From NCBI GenBank assembly GCA_965216875.1, contig OZ244207.1, positions 8,064,001 through 8,128,000 of the forward strand: a stretch of 64,000 bases of DNA. Reading direction: 5' to 3'. Below, one piece after another: positions 1-10,281 of this stretch (its first letter is position 1; every line of letters begins with the position of its first letter). The DNA is from Rubripirellula sp. Its GTDB lineage: Bacteria > Planctomycetota > Planctomycetia > Pirellulales > Pirellulaceae. The translations under genes were made by a program, and so were the position numbers. A model generated the notes under the pieces. It ran no database searches. It saw only the letters and a list, made by a program, of their open reading frames with translations, and was not told where the DNA came from.

Positions 1-334
1 GAAGTGGCAAGATCACGGTGGCAACCAAGTCGGTGCAGCTGCCTACGGGTTCGGCAAGGAGTACATCGGGTGTTTCTTCTTGTGATAACTTGCCGGCGGT
101 TTCGACCAAGTCATCGAAACTACAGCAAAAGCAGGCCCCAGAGACTTCGCCCACATCAAACCCGCGCGAACGAAGGTTATAGGTATCGACAAGGTCATCG
201 GCTTGATCGTTGGTGATGATGCCGACCCGCTTGCCCTGGGCAACGTAACGTGCGGCCAATTCACCGATCAAAGTCGTTTTCCCAGCACCCAGGAAGCCAC
301 CGATCAGAACAAAGCGAGTCTTGTCGTGTGCCAT
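1..334 (-). CDS. COG0523/CobW-family (G3E) GTPase metallochaperone, runs off window start
   Basis: Manual translation from ATG at 334: [21 protein letters not shown]...IITNDQA...GACFCCSF...[11 protein letters not shown]. Walker A GFLGAGKT, CxCC motif and ExxG are present. Absent from the ORF track because it is truncated. Confidence 0.9.
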   Translation of the reverse strand, partial: MAHDKTRFVLIGGFLGAGKTTLIGELAARYVAQGKRVGIITNDQADDLVDTYNLRSRGFDVGEVSGACFCCSFDDLVETAGKLSQEETPDVLLAEPVGSCTDLVATVILPL

Positions 335-460
335 ACAGCTGCTGGAACGTGTTGGTTGTGGAAGGAATGTAACGGAATGCAAACGGGGGAACTTAGCGAA
401 TGAAACACCTTGCCGCGGCTGGTCGGATCGATTTGACGGATAACCGGTTGGTAATCTGCC

Positions 461-1168
461 TCACCGTTCGATCCCTTCGAACAATCGGGAACCGACGCGT
501 ACCATGGTTGCCCCCTCGGCGATTGCTGCGGGGAAATCGCCACTCATGCCCATCGAAAGTTCCGCCAGCGACCTGCCTGTCGACTTTTCGAGTTCATCAC
601 GCAGTCGTCGTGTCTTTTCAAACTGTTGTCTTGCCGCTGATGGGTCCGTGCCCCAGCCCGCCATCGCCATCAGGCCGCAGACGTCGATTCCCGCTTCAGG
701 AAGATTGTCGAGCAATCCTGGAAGCTCATCAGGAGCCAGGCCGGTCTTGGCTTCATCGCCACTAATATTCACCTCAAGCAAAACGCGAGCCGTCGTTTGC
801 TGGGACACTGCCTCGTCAGCGATCGCTTGTAGCAGTCGCATGCTATCGACAGAGTGGATCAATGGACGTTGCTTGAGCGTTCGGCGAATCTTGTTGCGCT
901 GCAAGTGTCCGATGATGTGCCAATCGACCGAGAGGTTGTCGGGCCAATCCTCGGCCTTGCTCCAAAAGTGTTGAGGGCGGCTTTCACCGAGGTGGGAACA
1001 ACCGACTTGTGCGAGAGCGATGGTTGTTTCGCGATCAACGTATTTGGAAACCCCGACGATGTTGATTGAATTTGGATCACGGTCGGCGGCGAGTGCTGCT
1101 TTTTCAACCTCGTCGACGACGGCCGACCAGTTCGCGCGAAGTCGTTTTTGCAGGTCCAAGTCACTCAT
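461..1168 (-). CDS. yggS: YggS/PLPBP pyridoxal phosphate homeostasis protein
   Basis: VGVSKY (PLP Lys), WHIIGHLQRNK, HSVDS, LSMGMSGDF, GATMVRVGS. Confidence 0.95.
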   Translation of the reverse strand: MSDLDLQKRLRANWSAVVDEVEKAALAADRDPNSINIVGVSKYVDRETTIALAQVGCSHLGESRPQHFWSKAEDWPDNLSVDWHIIGHLQRNKIRRTLKQRPLIHSVDSMRLLQAIADEAVSQQTTARVLLEVNISGDEAKTGLAPDELPGLLDNLPEAGIDVCGLMAMAGWGTDPSAARQQFEKTRRLRDELEKSTGRSLAELSMGMSGDFPAAIAEGATMVRVGSRLFEGIER

Positions 1169-2999
1169 CTTCGTGATCGTCTACGGTCACCAGTTCGTCA
1201 AGGCTTCCGTCGCCCATATCAAATCTTGCCGCAAAGAAGTCTGCGACAAGGTGTTTGCCCAGTACGCTTCGCGGGCAGGGGACGCCGAAGGAGCGGTACA
1301 CGAGCCACTGTTCCGAGCCAAGTTGAATTCGAAAGCCGGCTGCTTCATCGCGGCCAACGATTCGTAGTTCTTGTGCGACGGTCAATTGTCGCCACGTTCG
1401 CTTACGTCCGAACCGACGTTGTTGGAAGTCAAACCAAATCGGTGCATAGAGACGACCGTGCCCGCTCGACGTCAATTGTAGATGACCATCGGGCGTCGCA
1501 GTGAGCGTTGCGTCGGTTGGGCCTACTTTCCATTCCCCAGCCGAGAGCGGCAGGACAAGCCCCCGTCGTTTGGAGTCACCGAGGTAGAGCTCGCGAGTCT
1601 CTTTTTCTTCCTCAACTCCGATCGAATCGCCAAGCGGCAATCGCAAGTCGTAGCGAATCTCGCGGTCGGGTTGGTAGTTGGCACCGCCGCGTGGAATCAC
1701 GCTGTCGGCGACGAGCACACAGCGATCGTCCCGCACCAACATGAACTGACGTTGCAGCAAGAGGTCGCTGCCCCAGGCTTGTTCAATCTCGAGATAGTGC
1801 ACGTCATCGTCGGTGTACTCACAGGTCAATTCCCAGTCGCCGGAAGGTTGCTGGGTTTGGCCTTCGACGTCGATCATGGTCTCGCAAGGTCCGGACAAGA
1901 CCTTGCTGCGGCCGGCGTACAATTCGAATTGCACTTGGTCGCCCGAATAGTCAATGTGCATGCGGCCCCGGCGCACGTCCCAATCGGGGAACATGACGGC
2001 GACCTTGGCTTTTTCACTGTGGTGAAAGGCTTCCGGTAAACAGACTTCCCAGGCAAGCCGTCCGCCCGATTGCGACTCGCCAAGTGCCGCTGCGACCGCG
2101 GGCCGCAACGCATCAGGGTCGATTTCGGTGAGCGACTCAAGCAGCCCATCACTGGCAAGGTCAGCGGCGAGTTCTTTACGTGAAGCGTTGCTGAACGCGG
2201 TTTGTCCGGTATGGATCGTCGATGCGGCGACCCAGGTTGCTAGATCATCGGCGATCCGCTGTTGTTGTTTTTTCCATTTGCGTTGTGTTGTTTTTTCCAA
2301 CAACGCTTTGCAGCGCAGCAAAGAAGCAAGCACCAAACGCGTGTGGGGCAAACTGGCGATGGCTCCGTCAACCGCTTCCTCTTCGTGTGCACACCAAGCT
2401 GACAATGCATCAGCAGCGGAGCGTTGGATTCGCTTGCACGAGGGTAGCACTTGCAAACGCCAAGCAAGGGTGAGACCCAATTCGGCATCGAGTAACAAGT
2501 GCGCGCCCGTCGGTGTGACGCCGCGCTGGAGGAAAGATTCACGCAGTTGTTGTAGGCATCCAAGCAGGTCCCACCAGACGCGTTGTTCCAGATGCCGCGT
2601 CAGTTGCGGCAGTGCGGATGCCCAAAGAACGGCGACCGCCGCGTCGGAAGTGGTGATCTCATGCGAGCTCTCGAAATCGTCGATTGCTTTTTGCGCCGCA
2701 GCGTTGAGATCAAGGTCGCGGTGTTTTTTAGAGATTCGTCCGTCACAGGCAAGTTTGCTTAACAGGCCGACCAGCGTCGTGTCGGCACTTGTCCGATCAG
2801 GTGATTCGGTGGCCGCTCCTTCTGCGGCGGCAATGCCCCAGCGATAAACCGATCCCCCTTTGACGCTCGCTCCAAACACGTCGGCAACCGAATTGCGCCC
2901 CGGTTTGGCGAGCTGCTGGCAAAGCGACTCCCATTGGTTGTCATCGCGCGCGTGTTGCGTTTTCTTACGTTTCGATTTCGCAACGGTTTCAGTCGACAT
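1161..2999 (-). CDS. Hypothetical protein (helical N-terminus, beta-rich C-terminus)
   Basis: 612-aa ORF overlapping the yggS start by 8 bp; no motif recognised. Confidence 0.75.
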   Translation of the reverse strand: MSTETVAKSKRKKTQHARDDNQWESLCQQLAKPGRNSVADVFGASVKGGSVYRWGIAAAEGAATESPDRTSADTTLVGLLSKLACDGRISKKHRDLDLNAAAQKAIDDFESSHEITTSDAAVAVLWASALPQLTRHLEQRVWWDLLGCLQQLRESFLQRGVTPTGAHLLLDAELGLTLAWRLQVLPSCKRIQRSAADALSAWCAHEEEAVDGAIASLPHTRLVLASLLRCKALLEKTTQRKWKKQQQRIADDLATWVAASTIHTGQTAFSNASRKELAADLASDGLLESLTEIDPDALRPAVAAALGESQSGGRLAWEVCLPEAFHHSEKAKVAVMFPDWDVRRGRMHIDYSGDQVQFELYAGRSKVLSGPCETMIDVEGQTQQPSGDWELTCEYTDDDVHYLEIEQAWGSDLLLQRQFMLVRDDRCVLVADSVIPRGGANYQPDREIRYDLRLPLGDSIGVEEEKETRELYLGDSKRRGLVLPLSAGEWKVGPTDATLTATPDGHLQLTSSGHGRLYAPIWFDFQQRRFGRKRTWRQLTVAQELRIVGRDEAAGFRIQLGSEQWLVYRSFGVPCPRSVLGKHLVADFFAARFDMGDGSLDELVTVDDHEDE

Positions 3000-3329
3000 G
3001 GAAAGAACTTTGCCAGAGTTGAGGACCTGGGTGCCAGAGCCGATGGTCCAGAGTTGATAGGATCAGGGTGTTCGTCTTGAGAGGCGGAAACTCGATCGCC
3101 GGTGGCGAATCTTTCGCCGCTGGAAGCGTCACTCAAAAGGCCAATTTGCACTGAATCATCGCTGCCGAGACCGAGGCACGAAAAATGCACTCCCCTAACC
3201 GTCTAGGGTGGTATCCCGGCCGAGGCGTTCCCTCGCCACACTCGACCCGATACCTTAACTAGTTAGCAAAGAGATGCCAGCACGGCGGATTTTGTGATTC
3301 TTCGATCGCAGCGAAAAGAAAAGCTCGTT

Positions 3330-4250
3330 ATGAAAAACCGTACCAAACCATCGGCGTTTTTCCGTCCCCTGCCAATGATCGCAGTGGGGCTCTTCTGCTC
3401 GGCCGCGATCGGGGATCGGTGCGTTGCCCAGCAGGGATCGGATGAGGGCCAGGCAAAAGAGACTCAGGAGTACGCGGATCCGAAACGTCCGTCTCTGTCG
3501 GATCCGATCAAAGAGGTTGAAACGCCTCTCGACGAATATGTGACCCCCGAGATGGTGGCACGCAAGGCCTTCGATCCTCCGCCTGGGGCCAAGATGCTCT
3601 CGAAGAATCACCTGTGGGTCGACACTAAGAAGAAGCGGGTTTACATCGACGGCTACGTTGCGATTCGCGACGCAGCGCTAGAAATGTTCGCCTGTCCCGC
3701 GGGCACGAAAGAACACGAGTCCTTGGTCGGCAGTCTCGCCAAGCCTCGCAACGTGCATGCGGCGCTGCTGGCGGTTGGGGCCAAGCCGGGTACCCCTGTG
3801 CAGTTCCACCCCAAGTTTGTCCCAGCCACTGGCCAACAGATTCGCGTTTGGGTGACTTGGCTGGATCAGGACGGCAAATTCCATCATGTCGACGCACGTG
3901 ACTGGATCATGAAGGCCAAGACCAAAGAGGCGATGCGATCGGAATGGGTGTTCGCCGGAAGTGGGTTTTGGGAAGACGACGGCAAGCGGTTTTACCGAGC
4001 CGACGCAGGTGACATGATCTGCGTTTCGAATTTCAGTAGCGCGATGTTGGACTTGAACATTGCCAGTAGCGCCGAAGCCGATCAGCTGCTTTATGTCCCC
4101 AAGACCGAGTTGATCCCCGAGCGTTTCACGCCGCTGCGGTTGGTGTTGGTGCCAATTCCCAACCCAGGCCAAGCGGGGGCGGATTCCAAGGAAGCGAAAG
4201 AGCGTTTGAAACCGCCGACCAAAGAGATTCTTCCCAAGCAATCCAAATAA
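3330..4250 (+). CDS. Secreted YdjY-domain-like protein
   Basis: Signal peptide; LEMFACPAGTKEHES, VHAALLAVGAKPG, WVFAGSGF, GDMICVSNF. Start chosen at ATG 3330. Confidence 0.75.
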   Translation: MKNRTKPSAFFRPLPMIAVGLFCSAAIGDRCVAQQGSDEGQAKETQEYADPKRPSLSDPIKEVETPLDEYVTPEMVARKAFDPPPGAKMLSKNHLWVDTKKKRVYIDGYVAIRDAALEMFACPAGTKEHESLVGSLAKPRNVHAALLAVGAKPGTPVQFHPKFVPATGQQIRVWVTWLDQDGKFHHVDARDWIMKAKTKEAMRSEWVFAGSGFWEDDGKRFYRADAGDMICVSNFSSAMLDLNIASSAEADQLLYVPKTELIPERFTPLRLVLVPIPNPGQAGADSKEAKERLKPPTKEILPKQSK

Positions 4251-4546
4251 GGTCTAGGTCTCCAGCACTCGATTTGATTGGTCCGCCCCGGGGGACACCC
4301 TCCTGTTGCGGAAGGCGAACCAGTTGCTCGGGGGCGGTGCGCGGGTGCGTCACCGGTTCAACCGGCCTCATTTCGGCGCAAACCCTACGTTCGGAACCAC
4401 TCACCGAACGATTCTTAAAAAACTCGCTTGCGTGCAACCTAGTTTTGTCCGTTCGCAGAATTGCCCCAACGCCTGCGGGACCCTTTAACGCGTTCGGCTC
4501 TGTCCATAAAGAGCCGACTCTCACCCCAAAAGAGAGACCTAGCGAG

Positions 4547-4972
4547 ATGTCCAGCCAAGAACCTGTCGTCTTGATCGCCGAAGACAATCCAGGCCTAGCA
4601 CGAGTGCTGTCCTACAAATTCAAGCAAGCTGGCTTCGCTTGCGTGATCTGTGGTGACGGACAAGCGGCTTGGCAGGCGTTTCAATCGCATCACGTCAAGG
4701 CTGTAATCAGTGATCAAGAGATGCCAAGGATGTGTGGGGTCGAACTATTCCGCAAAATCCATACATCTGACCCCTATGTTCCACTGTTCCTGATAACAGG
4801 GCATCAACATGAGTTAGCGGAGTCAGGAATTGAGGAAGAGTTGAACGTCGCGCATATCTTTGGAAAGCCGTTCAGCCCAACCGCAGTCATTGAAAAGGTG
4901 ACTGAGACGATTGAGCTGCAGGCAGCCGAAGGAAAACTGAAGTACGCACAACGAGCCTTCGCCTCCAGGTAG
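4547..4972 (+). CDS. Single-domain response regulator (CheY-like receiver)
   Basis: VLIAEDN, ISDQEMPRMCG (phospho-Asp), LITG, KPFSP. Start at ATG 4547. Confidence 0.9.
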   Translation: MSSQEPVVLIAEDNPGLARVLSYKFKQAGFACVICGDGQAAWQAFQSHHVKAVISDQEMPRMCGVELFRKIHTSDPYVPLFLITGHQHELAESGIEEELNVAHIFGKPFSPTAVIEKVTETIELQAAEGKLKYAQRAFASR

Positions 4973-5042
4973 ACGCGCCACACAACAACACGACATACCG
5001 GACTTGGCAATCCGAGATAGCCTCGCCCCCAAAACGCTATCG

Positions 5043-6566
5043 ATGCAAGAAACCATCCCCCTTCAACCGCAGAGTGACGACCCCTTGGTCAGTTCGTTAC
5101 GAGACGAACTTGGCTTCGATGTCGAATGCTGTGACGCGGCCGATCCGCTGGTCAGTGAAATCCTGATCTCGATTATCGATGCGCCCGATAAGGCGGTCGT
5201 CAAAACGTGCGGTGATCATGCCACCGTTGCCATCTGTTTGCCATCGGGCAAACTTGCGGTGTGGAAGACACCCCTCGAGTTCGCCAACCAATCGGCCCGA
5301 CACGCTTCGACCTTTGTTGCCAGCCAACAGATGCAGCGCGAGAACGAGGCCCTCAGCAACGAAAACGAAGCACTCGCCATTCAAGTTGCCGATGACTTCG
5401 AAGGCTTGTCGCTGGTGCGATCGCTCGCCGCATGCCTCGAGTTGCCAGCTGACCGAAGAAGCATTCCTGAAGGTGTGCGTCGCTTTTTACATCCACTGAC
5501 GACCGGCGTTTGTGCCGAATCGATCGCAGCCGTCTTTTTGGGTGACGACGAACTGGAATGGCAGACGCCATTTTGGTCCGGCGCTGAACTCATCCCGGTT
5601 GTCGCTTTGCAAGACCTGATCGGTCAACACATGGGCGAAGCGACAAGACATCCGGTGGTCCGAAATGACCGCGACCAGTTCCCAGCAGGCATCGCGGCTG
5701 AAGAAATTCGAGAATTGATCCTCGTTCAAGTGCGCAGCGAGGGACGTTTGCATGGTTGGTTGTTGGCCTGCAATCGCGTCGATGCCGCGCACCAGGACGC
5801 GTCGTGGGAACAAACCGGTTTTTCGACGATCCAAGCATCGTTGTTGGAAACGGCTGCCAACCAACTCGCTGCCCAACTGCATAACTTCCAGTTGCTGCGT
5901 CAGCGAGAGGAATTGTTTACTGACGTGGTTCGCGCACTCGTCAACGCGGTGGAAGCCCGTGACCCATACACCAGTGGTCACAGTGAACGCGTCGCACGCT
6001 TCGCACAATGCCTGGCCCTCGCTGGCGGCGAGTCGGAAGCTGGCTGCGAGAGAATCTATCTGACTGGTCTTTTGCACGACGTTGGCAAAATCGCGATTCC
6101 CGATGGCGTGCTACGAAAACCAGGCGGCTTGAATGACGCCGAACGCCGCATCATCGAAACACACACCGACGCGGGTTGGCGCATCCTGCATGAACTCGAT
6201 GCGCTGCGCGATGTCCTTCCCGGCGTTCTTTACCATCACGAACGCTTCGATGGCAAAGGCTATCCCGATGGCCTGATCGGCGAAAACATTCCGCTTGATG
6301 GCCGTATCCTGGCCGTATGTGATGCGTTCGACGCGATGACAAGCAGTCGTCCCTACCGTACCGGGATGTCGACGCAAGATGCCGTCGACATCATGCAGAA
6401 AGGCGCTGGAACTTATTGGGATCCAAAGATCGTGACGCTGTTCATGGAGAATATCGAATCGATTGACGAGATTCGTCGAAGCCATCGTCCACGCCCACAG
6501 GTCACACGCCCCGCACCGGTTGATGGAAAACCATCCCTGGATCCAATTCCAGTTCCAACCGAATAG
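5043..6566 (+). CDS. HD-GYP cyclic dinucleotide phosphodiesterase with GAF-like N-terminal region
   Basis: ARDPYTSGHSERV, LLHDVGK, HHERFDGKGYP, AVCDAFDAMTSSRPYR. Confidence 0.93.
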   Translation: MQETIPLQPQSDDPLVSSLRDELGFDVECCDAADPLVSEILISIIDAPDKAVVKTCGDHATVAICLPSGKLAVWKTPLEFANQSARHASTFVASQQMQRENEALSNENEALAIQVADDFEGLSLVRSLAACLELPADRRSIPEGVRRFLHPLTTGVCAESIAAVFLGDDELEWQTPFWSGAELIPVVALQDLIGQHMGEATRHPVVRNDRDQFPAGIAAEEIRELILVQVRSEGRLHGWLLACNRVDAAHQDASWEQTGFSTIQASLLETAANQLAAQLHNFQLLRQREELFTDVVRALVNAVEARDPYTSGHSERVARFAQCLALAGGESEAGCERIYLTGLLHDVGKIAIPDGVLRKPGGLNDAERRIIETHTDAGWRILHELDALRDVLPGVLYHHERFDGKGYPDGLIGENIPLDGRILAVCDAFDAMTSSRPYRTGMSTQDAVDIMQKGAGTYWDPKIVTLFMENIESIDEIRRSHRPRPQVTRPAPVDGKPSLDPIPVPTE

Positions 6567-6606
6567 ATTCGATTGGGATTCTTCGGTCGACTCTCAATCT
6601 GGGTTT

Positions 6607-7052
6607 AGGTTCGAGATAGGCGGAGAAGAGAGACAGAAAAATGTGGGGCAGAAAGATGAATCTCCTTTTTTGCCCGCCATCTTTTTGCCAATCCATCACT
6701 CACCTCTTCCATTTTCTGTCGTCCATCTTTCTGTCTAACCCGGTATTGGGCAGCCATGAGTGAAGGAAACTGGTTGCTTTATCAGGTTCGAGATAGGCGG
6801 CGAAGAGGGACAGAAAAATGTGGGGCAGAAAGATGAAGAGCTCAGGCAATGAATCTCCTTTTTTTGCCCGCCATCTTTATGCCAATCCATCACTCACCTC
6901 TTCCATTTTCTGTCGTCCATCTTTCTGTCTAATCCGGTATTGGACAGCCGTGGGTGAATGAAACTGGTTGCTTTATCAGGTTCGAGAGAGGCGGCGAAGA
7001 GGGACAGAAAAATGTGGGGCAGAAAGATGAAGAGCTCAGGCAATGAATCTCC
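6607..7052. repeat. Tandem repeat, ~2.4 copies (periods 177 and 194 bp), built of GRCARAAARATG sub-repeats in both orientations (REP/BIME-like)
   Basis: AGGTTCGAGA(T/G)AGGCGG starts at 6607, 6784 and 6978. Each full unit has GACAGAAAAATGTGGGGCAGAAAGATG and the inverted CATTTTCTGTCGTCCATCTTTCTGTC. Confidence 0.9.
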
Positions 7053-7200
7053 GTTTTCTGTCGAAACCTCGTGTAGCCACTTGCAAACAGTTGGCAGCAC
7101 CTTTGCCCCACGCGTTTCGCATTGATTTATCTATTTCGCCCTTGCGTTGTCCGTTCTAATAGAAGCGGGACAGTAAGCTAGCGCGAACCAGGGGCATTCC

Positions 7201-9060
7201 GTGTCGAACCGTCGCGGGAATGAAAATCAGAACGAACGTAGGGCGATCGCGCACTATGAAATTCTGGATGAAGTTGCCGTCGGCGGTATGGGACGCGTCG
7301 ATCGTGCCCGCGACACCCGAAGCGGGAACGTCGTCGCAATCAAACGCTTCATCGAGACGCGAAGCGCCGACGTCGAGGAACTTCGCCAGCGTTTTGAAAG
7401 GGAATGCCACCTGCTTGACGGCCTGGCACATGAGAACCTAGTTTCGATCTTGGACCACGGTGTCCACGAGGGCGACCATTACCTCGTGATGGAGTTCGTC
7501 GAAGGTATCAATCTTCGGCAGTGGATGGATCAGCGCACAACCGTCGAAGTCGAACAGACGAGCCGATTGATCCAGGGAATCGCGGCTGCCGTTTCTTACC
7601 TACACGCTTGCGACATCGTTCATCGCGACTTGAAGCCCGAGAACGTCCTTGTCGACGGGCAAGGCCAGGTCAAAGTCACTGACTTTGGACTCGCCGTTCC
7701 ATTGACGGATGTTGGCTCCATGACGGTTTCGGGGCAAGTGCTTGGGTCGAGTGATTACATTTCGCCCGAACAGCGTCATCGGCTACCGATGGATTGCCGA
7801 AGCGACCAATACTCGTTCGCGATCATCTGTTACGAGATGCTGACTGGTGAGCGCGCGCGGTTTCTCTACGAGCCACCATCGAAACTGAACCCAGCTCTTG
7901 GCGATGGCCTGGATCAAGTCATCCAACGAGCCCTTGATAAGGAGCCCGGAGAGCGGTTTCATTCGATCGACGACTTCGTTGACGCGCTCCAATCAGAGTT
8001 GGCCGCACTGACGCCGCGACGAGGGCAATCCCGAAATTGGGTCGTGCCGGGAACCATCGTTATCAGTCTGGTTGTTGTCATCGCCTACTTGCTTGTGCGT
8101 GATCGCGATGGAGTGCCGAGGAGCGTGAAGCGAGAGTTGCCGCCGATCGTGTCGGCGTTGGATGCGGCGGTCGAAAAAAACGAAGTTCAGCAACTGCAAA
8201 TTCAGTGGTCCGACTATTTGGGAATTGAGGTCAACCAGGTTTCGAGGACCGGGATTCCCCTGGTGCTCGTTCCGCCTGGTGAGTTCATGATGGGAGCAAC
8301 GGCAAGCGACATCGCCGACCAGCCTTTTGTGTCGTCGATGCACCCGGCGGGCGGACAAAACATGATTCCGCGTCACAAGGTTTCGATCTCTCGACCGATG
8401 TTGGTGGGCGTCTACGAAATCTCCGTTGGGCAGTTTCGAGAGTTTGTCAAAGAGACTCAACACACCACTGATGCTGAGAAGCGATCGGTTCAAGCCGAGG
8501 GTGACGCAGCGACGTGGGCAGCACCCGGTTTCGAACAGTCCGATCGGTCACCGGTAGTTTATGTTTCATGGGCCGACGCGTCCGCTTTTTGTACATGGCT
8601 CTCGGGCAAGGAGGCCAAGCCGTTTCGATTGTTGACCGAAGCGGAATGGGAATACGTCTGTCGCGCTGGGACACAGAGCACTTGGTACTTTGGCGACGAC
8701 GTCGAGCTTGTCAAACAGCACGCTCAAATCGTCTCGACTAACGATCCTGCATTGGTCCCGAACGACGACCTTTCAAAAAATCCCTTTGGGCTCTTTGGGA
8801 TGTGCGGCAGCGTCGATGAATGGTGCCAGGACGTGTTTGCGGTCGATGCCTACAACGATCACGAAGAAGTCGACCCGACCGGACCACCCCCGTCATCGCG
8901 AGCACAACGGGTCATTCGAGGTGGGGCCCATCCAGGTGACCCCTGGTACACTCGAAGCGCCGTCCGCCGTGGCAGACCGTACTATCGAGGCGAACGAAAG
9001 ATTGGGTTGCGTGTTGTGCACCCGATCGAGTTACCGAGAATCGAATCGGATTCGATCTAA
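7201..9060 (+). CDS. Ser/Thr protein kinase + TM + FGE-sulfatase (SUMF1-like) domain fusion
   Basis: GGMGRV, VAIK, HRDLKPEN, DFG, YISPEQ; TM helix; VPPGEFMMG, RLLTEAEWEYVCRAG, NPFGLFGM, RVIRGG. Confidence 0.92.
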   Translation: MSNRRGNENQNERRAIAHYEILDEVAVGGMGRVDRARDTRSGNVVAIKRFIETRSADVEELRQRFERECHLLDGLAHENLVSILDHGVHEGDHYLVMEFVEGINLRQWMDQRTTVEVEQTSRLIQGIAAAVSYLHACDIVHRDLKPENVLVDGQGQVKVTDFGLAVPLTDVGSMTVSGQVLGSSDYISPEQRHRLPMDCRSDQYSFAIICYEMLTGERARFLYEPPSKLNPALGDGLDQVIQRALDKEPGERFHSIDDFVDALQSELAALTPRRGQSRNWVVPGTIVISLVVVIAYLLVRDRDGVPRSVKRELPPIVSALDAAVEKNEVQQLQIQWSDYLGIEVNQVSRTGIPLVLVPPGEFMMGATASDIADQPFVSSMHPAGGQNMIPRHKVSISRPMLVGVYEISVGQFREFVKETQHTTDAEKRSVQAEGDAATWAAPGFEQSDRSPVVYVSWADASAFCTWLSGKEAKPFRLLTEAEWEYVCRAGTQSTWYFGDDVELVKQHAQIVSTNDPALVPNDDLSKNPFGLFGMCGSVDEWCQDVFAVDAYNDHEEVDPTGPPPSSRAQRVIRGGAHPGDPWYTRSAVRRGRPYYRGERKIGLRVVHPIELPRIESDSI

Positions 9061-9069
9061 ATCGGATTG

Positions 9070-9202
9070 GAAAGAAAGATGTAGGGCAGAAAAAGGAAGA
9101 GGTCGAAACGTTAGGCAAAAAGACGTGGGGCAGAAAAATGAATGTTGATCGCCTGACGACCTCTCTTCATCTTTCTGTTCCGAAGTTCTCTGTCCCTCTT
9201 CC
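9070..9202. repeat. Degenerate copy of the GGGGCAGAAAAATG/CATCTTTCTG repeat family between convergent genes
   Basis: GGCAAAAAGACGTGGGGCAGAAAAATGAA ... TTCATCTTTCTGTTCC, matching the units at 6607-7052. Confidence 0.7.
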
Positions 9203-9212
9203 CTGATCACAC

Positions 9213-10196
9213 TTACTTGAGCCGGACGCGGCACAGGTAGCTGTCGGCGGTGATGTAGAGGGTCTTGCCTGTGTCATCAAAGGTGCAGTTGCTTGTGCGT
9301 CCGCCGGTGATGATTCGACCAAGCAGTTTTCCTTCGGGGGTCATGACATAGATTGCACCGGGGCCACTACCAAAGATCGTGCCGTCGGCTGCGATCGCCA
9401 ATCCATCTGGAAGACCGGGAAGCTCTTTCATGTATTGCTTGGCGTTCAGCAGCACCTTGCCTTCGCCAAGCGTCTTGTCGTCTTTGATCGGGAAGGCCAT
9501 CCAAATGGGATTGTCCGGATCGCTTTGGGCAACGTAAAGCGTTTTTTCGTCGGGCGACAAACCGATCCCATTGGGGCGAGCAAGTTGCTTGGTGAGCAGA
9601 GTGAGTTTGCCGTTGGGTGCTAAGCGATAGACCCCACAGAAATCGAGTTCACGTCGTGGGTCGGATGCACGTTCGGGCAAACCGTAGGGTGGGTCGGTGA
9701 AATAGATGGAGCCATCCGATCCAAAGACCAAATCGTTTGGGCTGTTAAGCCGTCGTCCTTCGTAGTTGTCCACCAGCGTGCGTTTGCCACCACCACGCGT
9801 CAAAACAGAAACTCGGCGGTCGCCATGCTCGCAGGCGGTCAGGCGACCTTGCGGGTCAAGCGTCAGGCCGTTGCTGCCAGGTTCGAGCCCGTAATAGCTC
9901 ACCCCGGTGTAACCACTTGGGTTCATGAACAACTCAATGCCGCGCGCTTCGGTCCAGCGAAAGATGCTGTTTCGTGGAATGTCGGAAAAGAGTAGGTGCC
10001 CGCCCGATTCGTCTTTCACCCAAACGGGACCCTCGGTCCAAGTGAAGCCGCCGGCGAGTACTTCGATTTTGGTTTCGGCTGCAATCTTCTCGTCAAACTT
10101 GGGGTCAAGACTCTCAAGTCGACCAATCGTCTCGGGAGTCTGGGCCAGCGCAGGGAGTGCGAGCATTAAGGCAGCAAAGAGGGACGCGAAACGCAT
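9213..10196 (-). CDS. SMP-30/gluconolactonase/LRE family protein, secreted
   Basis: WTEGPVW, LFSDIP, GSNGL, LNSPND, YFTDPPYG, PNGIGLSPD, PDGL. Confidence 0.93.
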   Translation of the reverse strand: MRFASLFAALMLALPALAQTPETIGRLESLDPKFDEKIAAETKIEVLAGGFTWTEGPVWVKDESGGHLLFSDIPRNSIFRWTEARGIELFMNPSGYTGVSYYGLEPGSNGLTLDPQGRLTACEHGDRRVSVLTRGGGKRTLVDNYEGRRLNSPNDLVFGSDGSIYFTDPPYGLPERASDPRRELDFCGVYRLAPNGKLTLLTKQLARPNGIGLSPDEKTLYVAQSDPDNPIWMAFPIKDDKTLGEGKVLLNAKQYMKELPGLPDGLAIAADGTIFGSGPGAIYVMTPEGKLLGRIITGGRTSNCTFDDTGKTLYITADSYLCRVRLK

Positions 10197-10281
10197 CGTT
10201 TTTCAATCGCAGAGAGGGCAAGAAGGGTGAACGGGCAGGCCCCAATTGTACTTGCTCCCAACGGCAAATGTGACTCGCGCG

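Noticed and set aside
3185..3260. Possible tRNA/ncRNA in the divergent intergenic region
   Set aside because: Small hairpins only; no cloverleaf, T-loop or CCA end.
4255..4540. c-di-GMP riboswitch upstream of the receiver/HD-GYP pair
   Set aside because: Only fragments (GGCGAACC, GGCGCAAA) resemble the GEMM motif. The GNRA loop/receptor architecture could not be built; an Rfam scan would decide.
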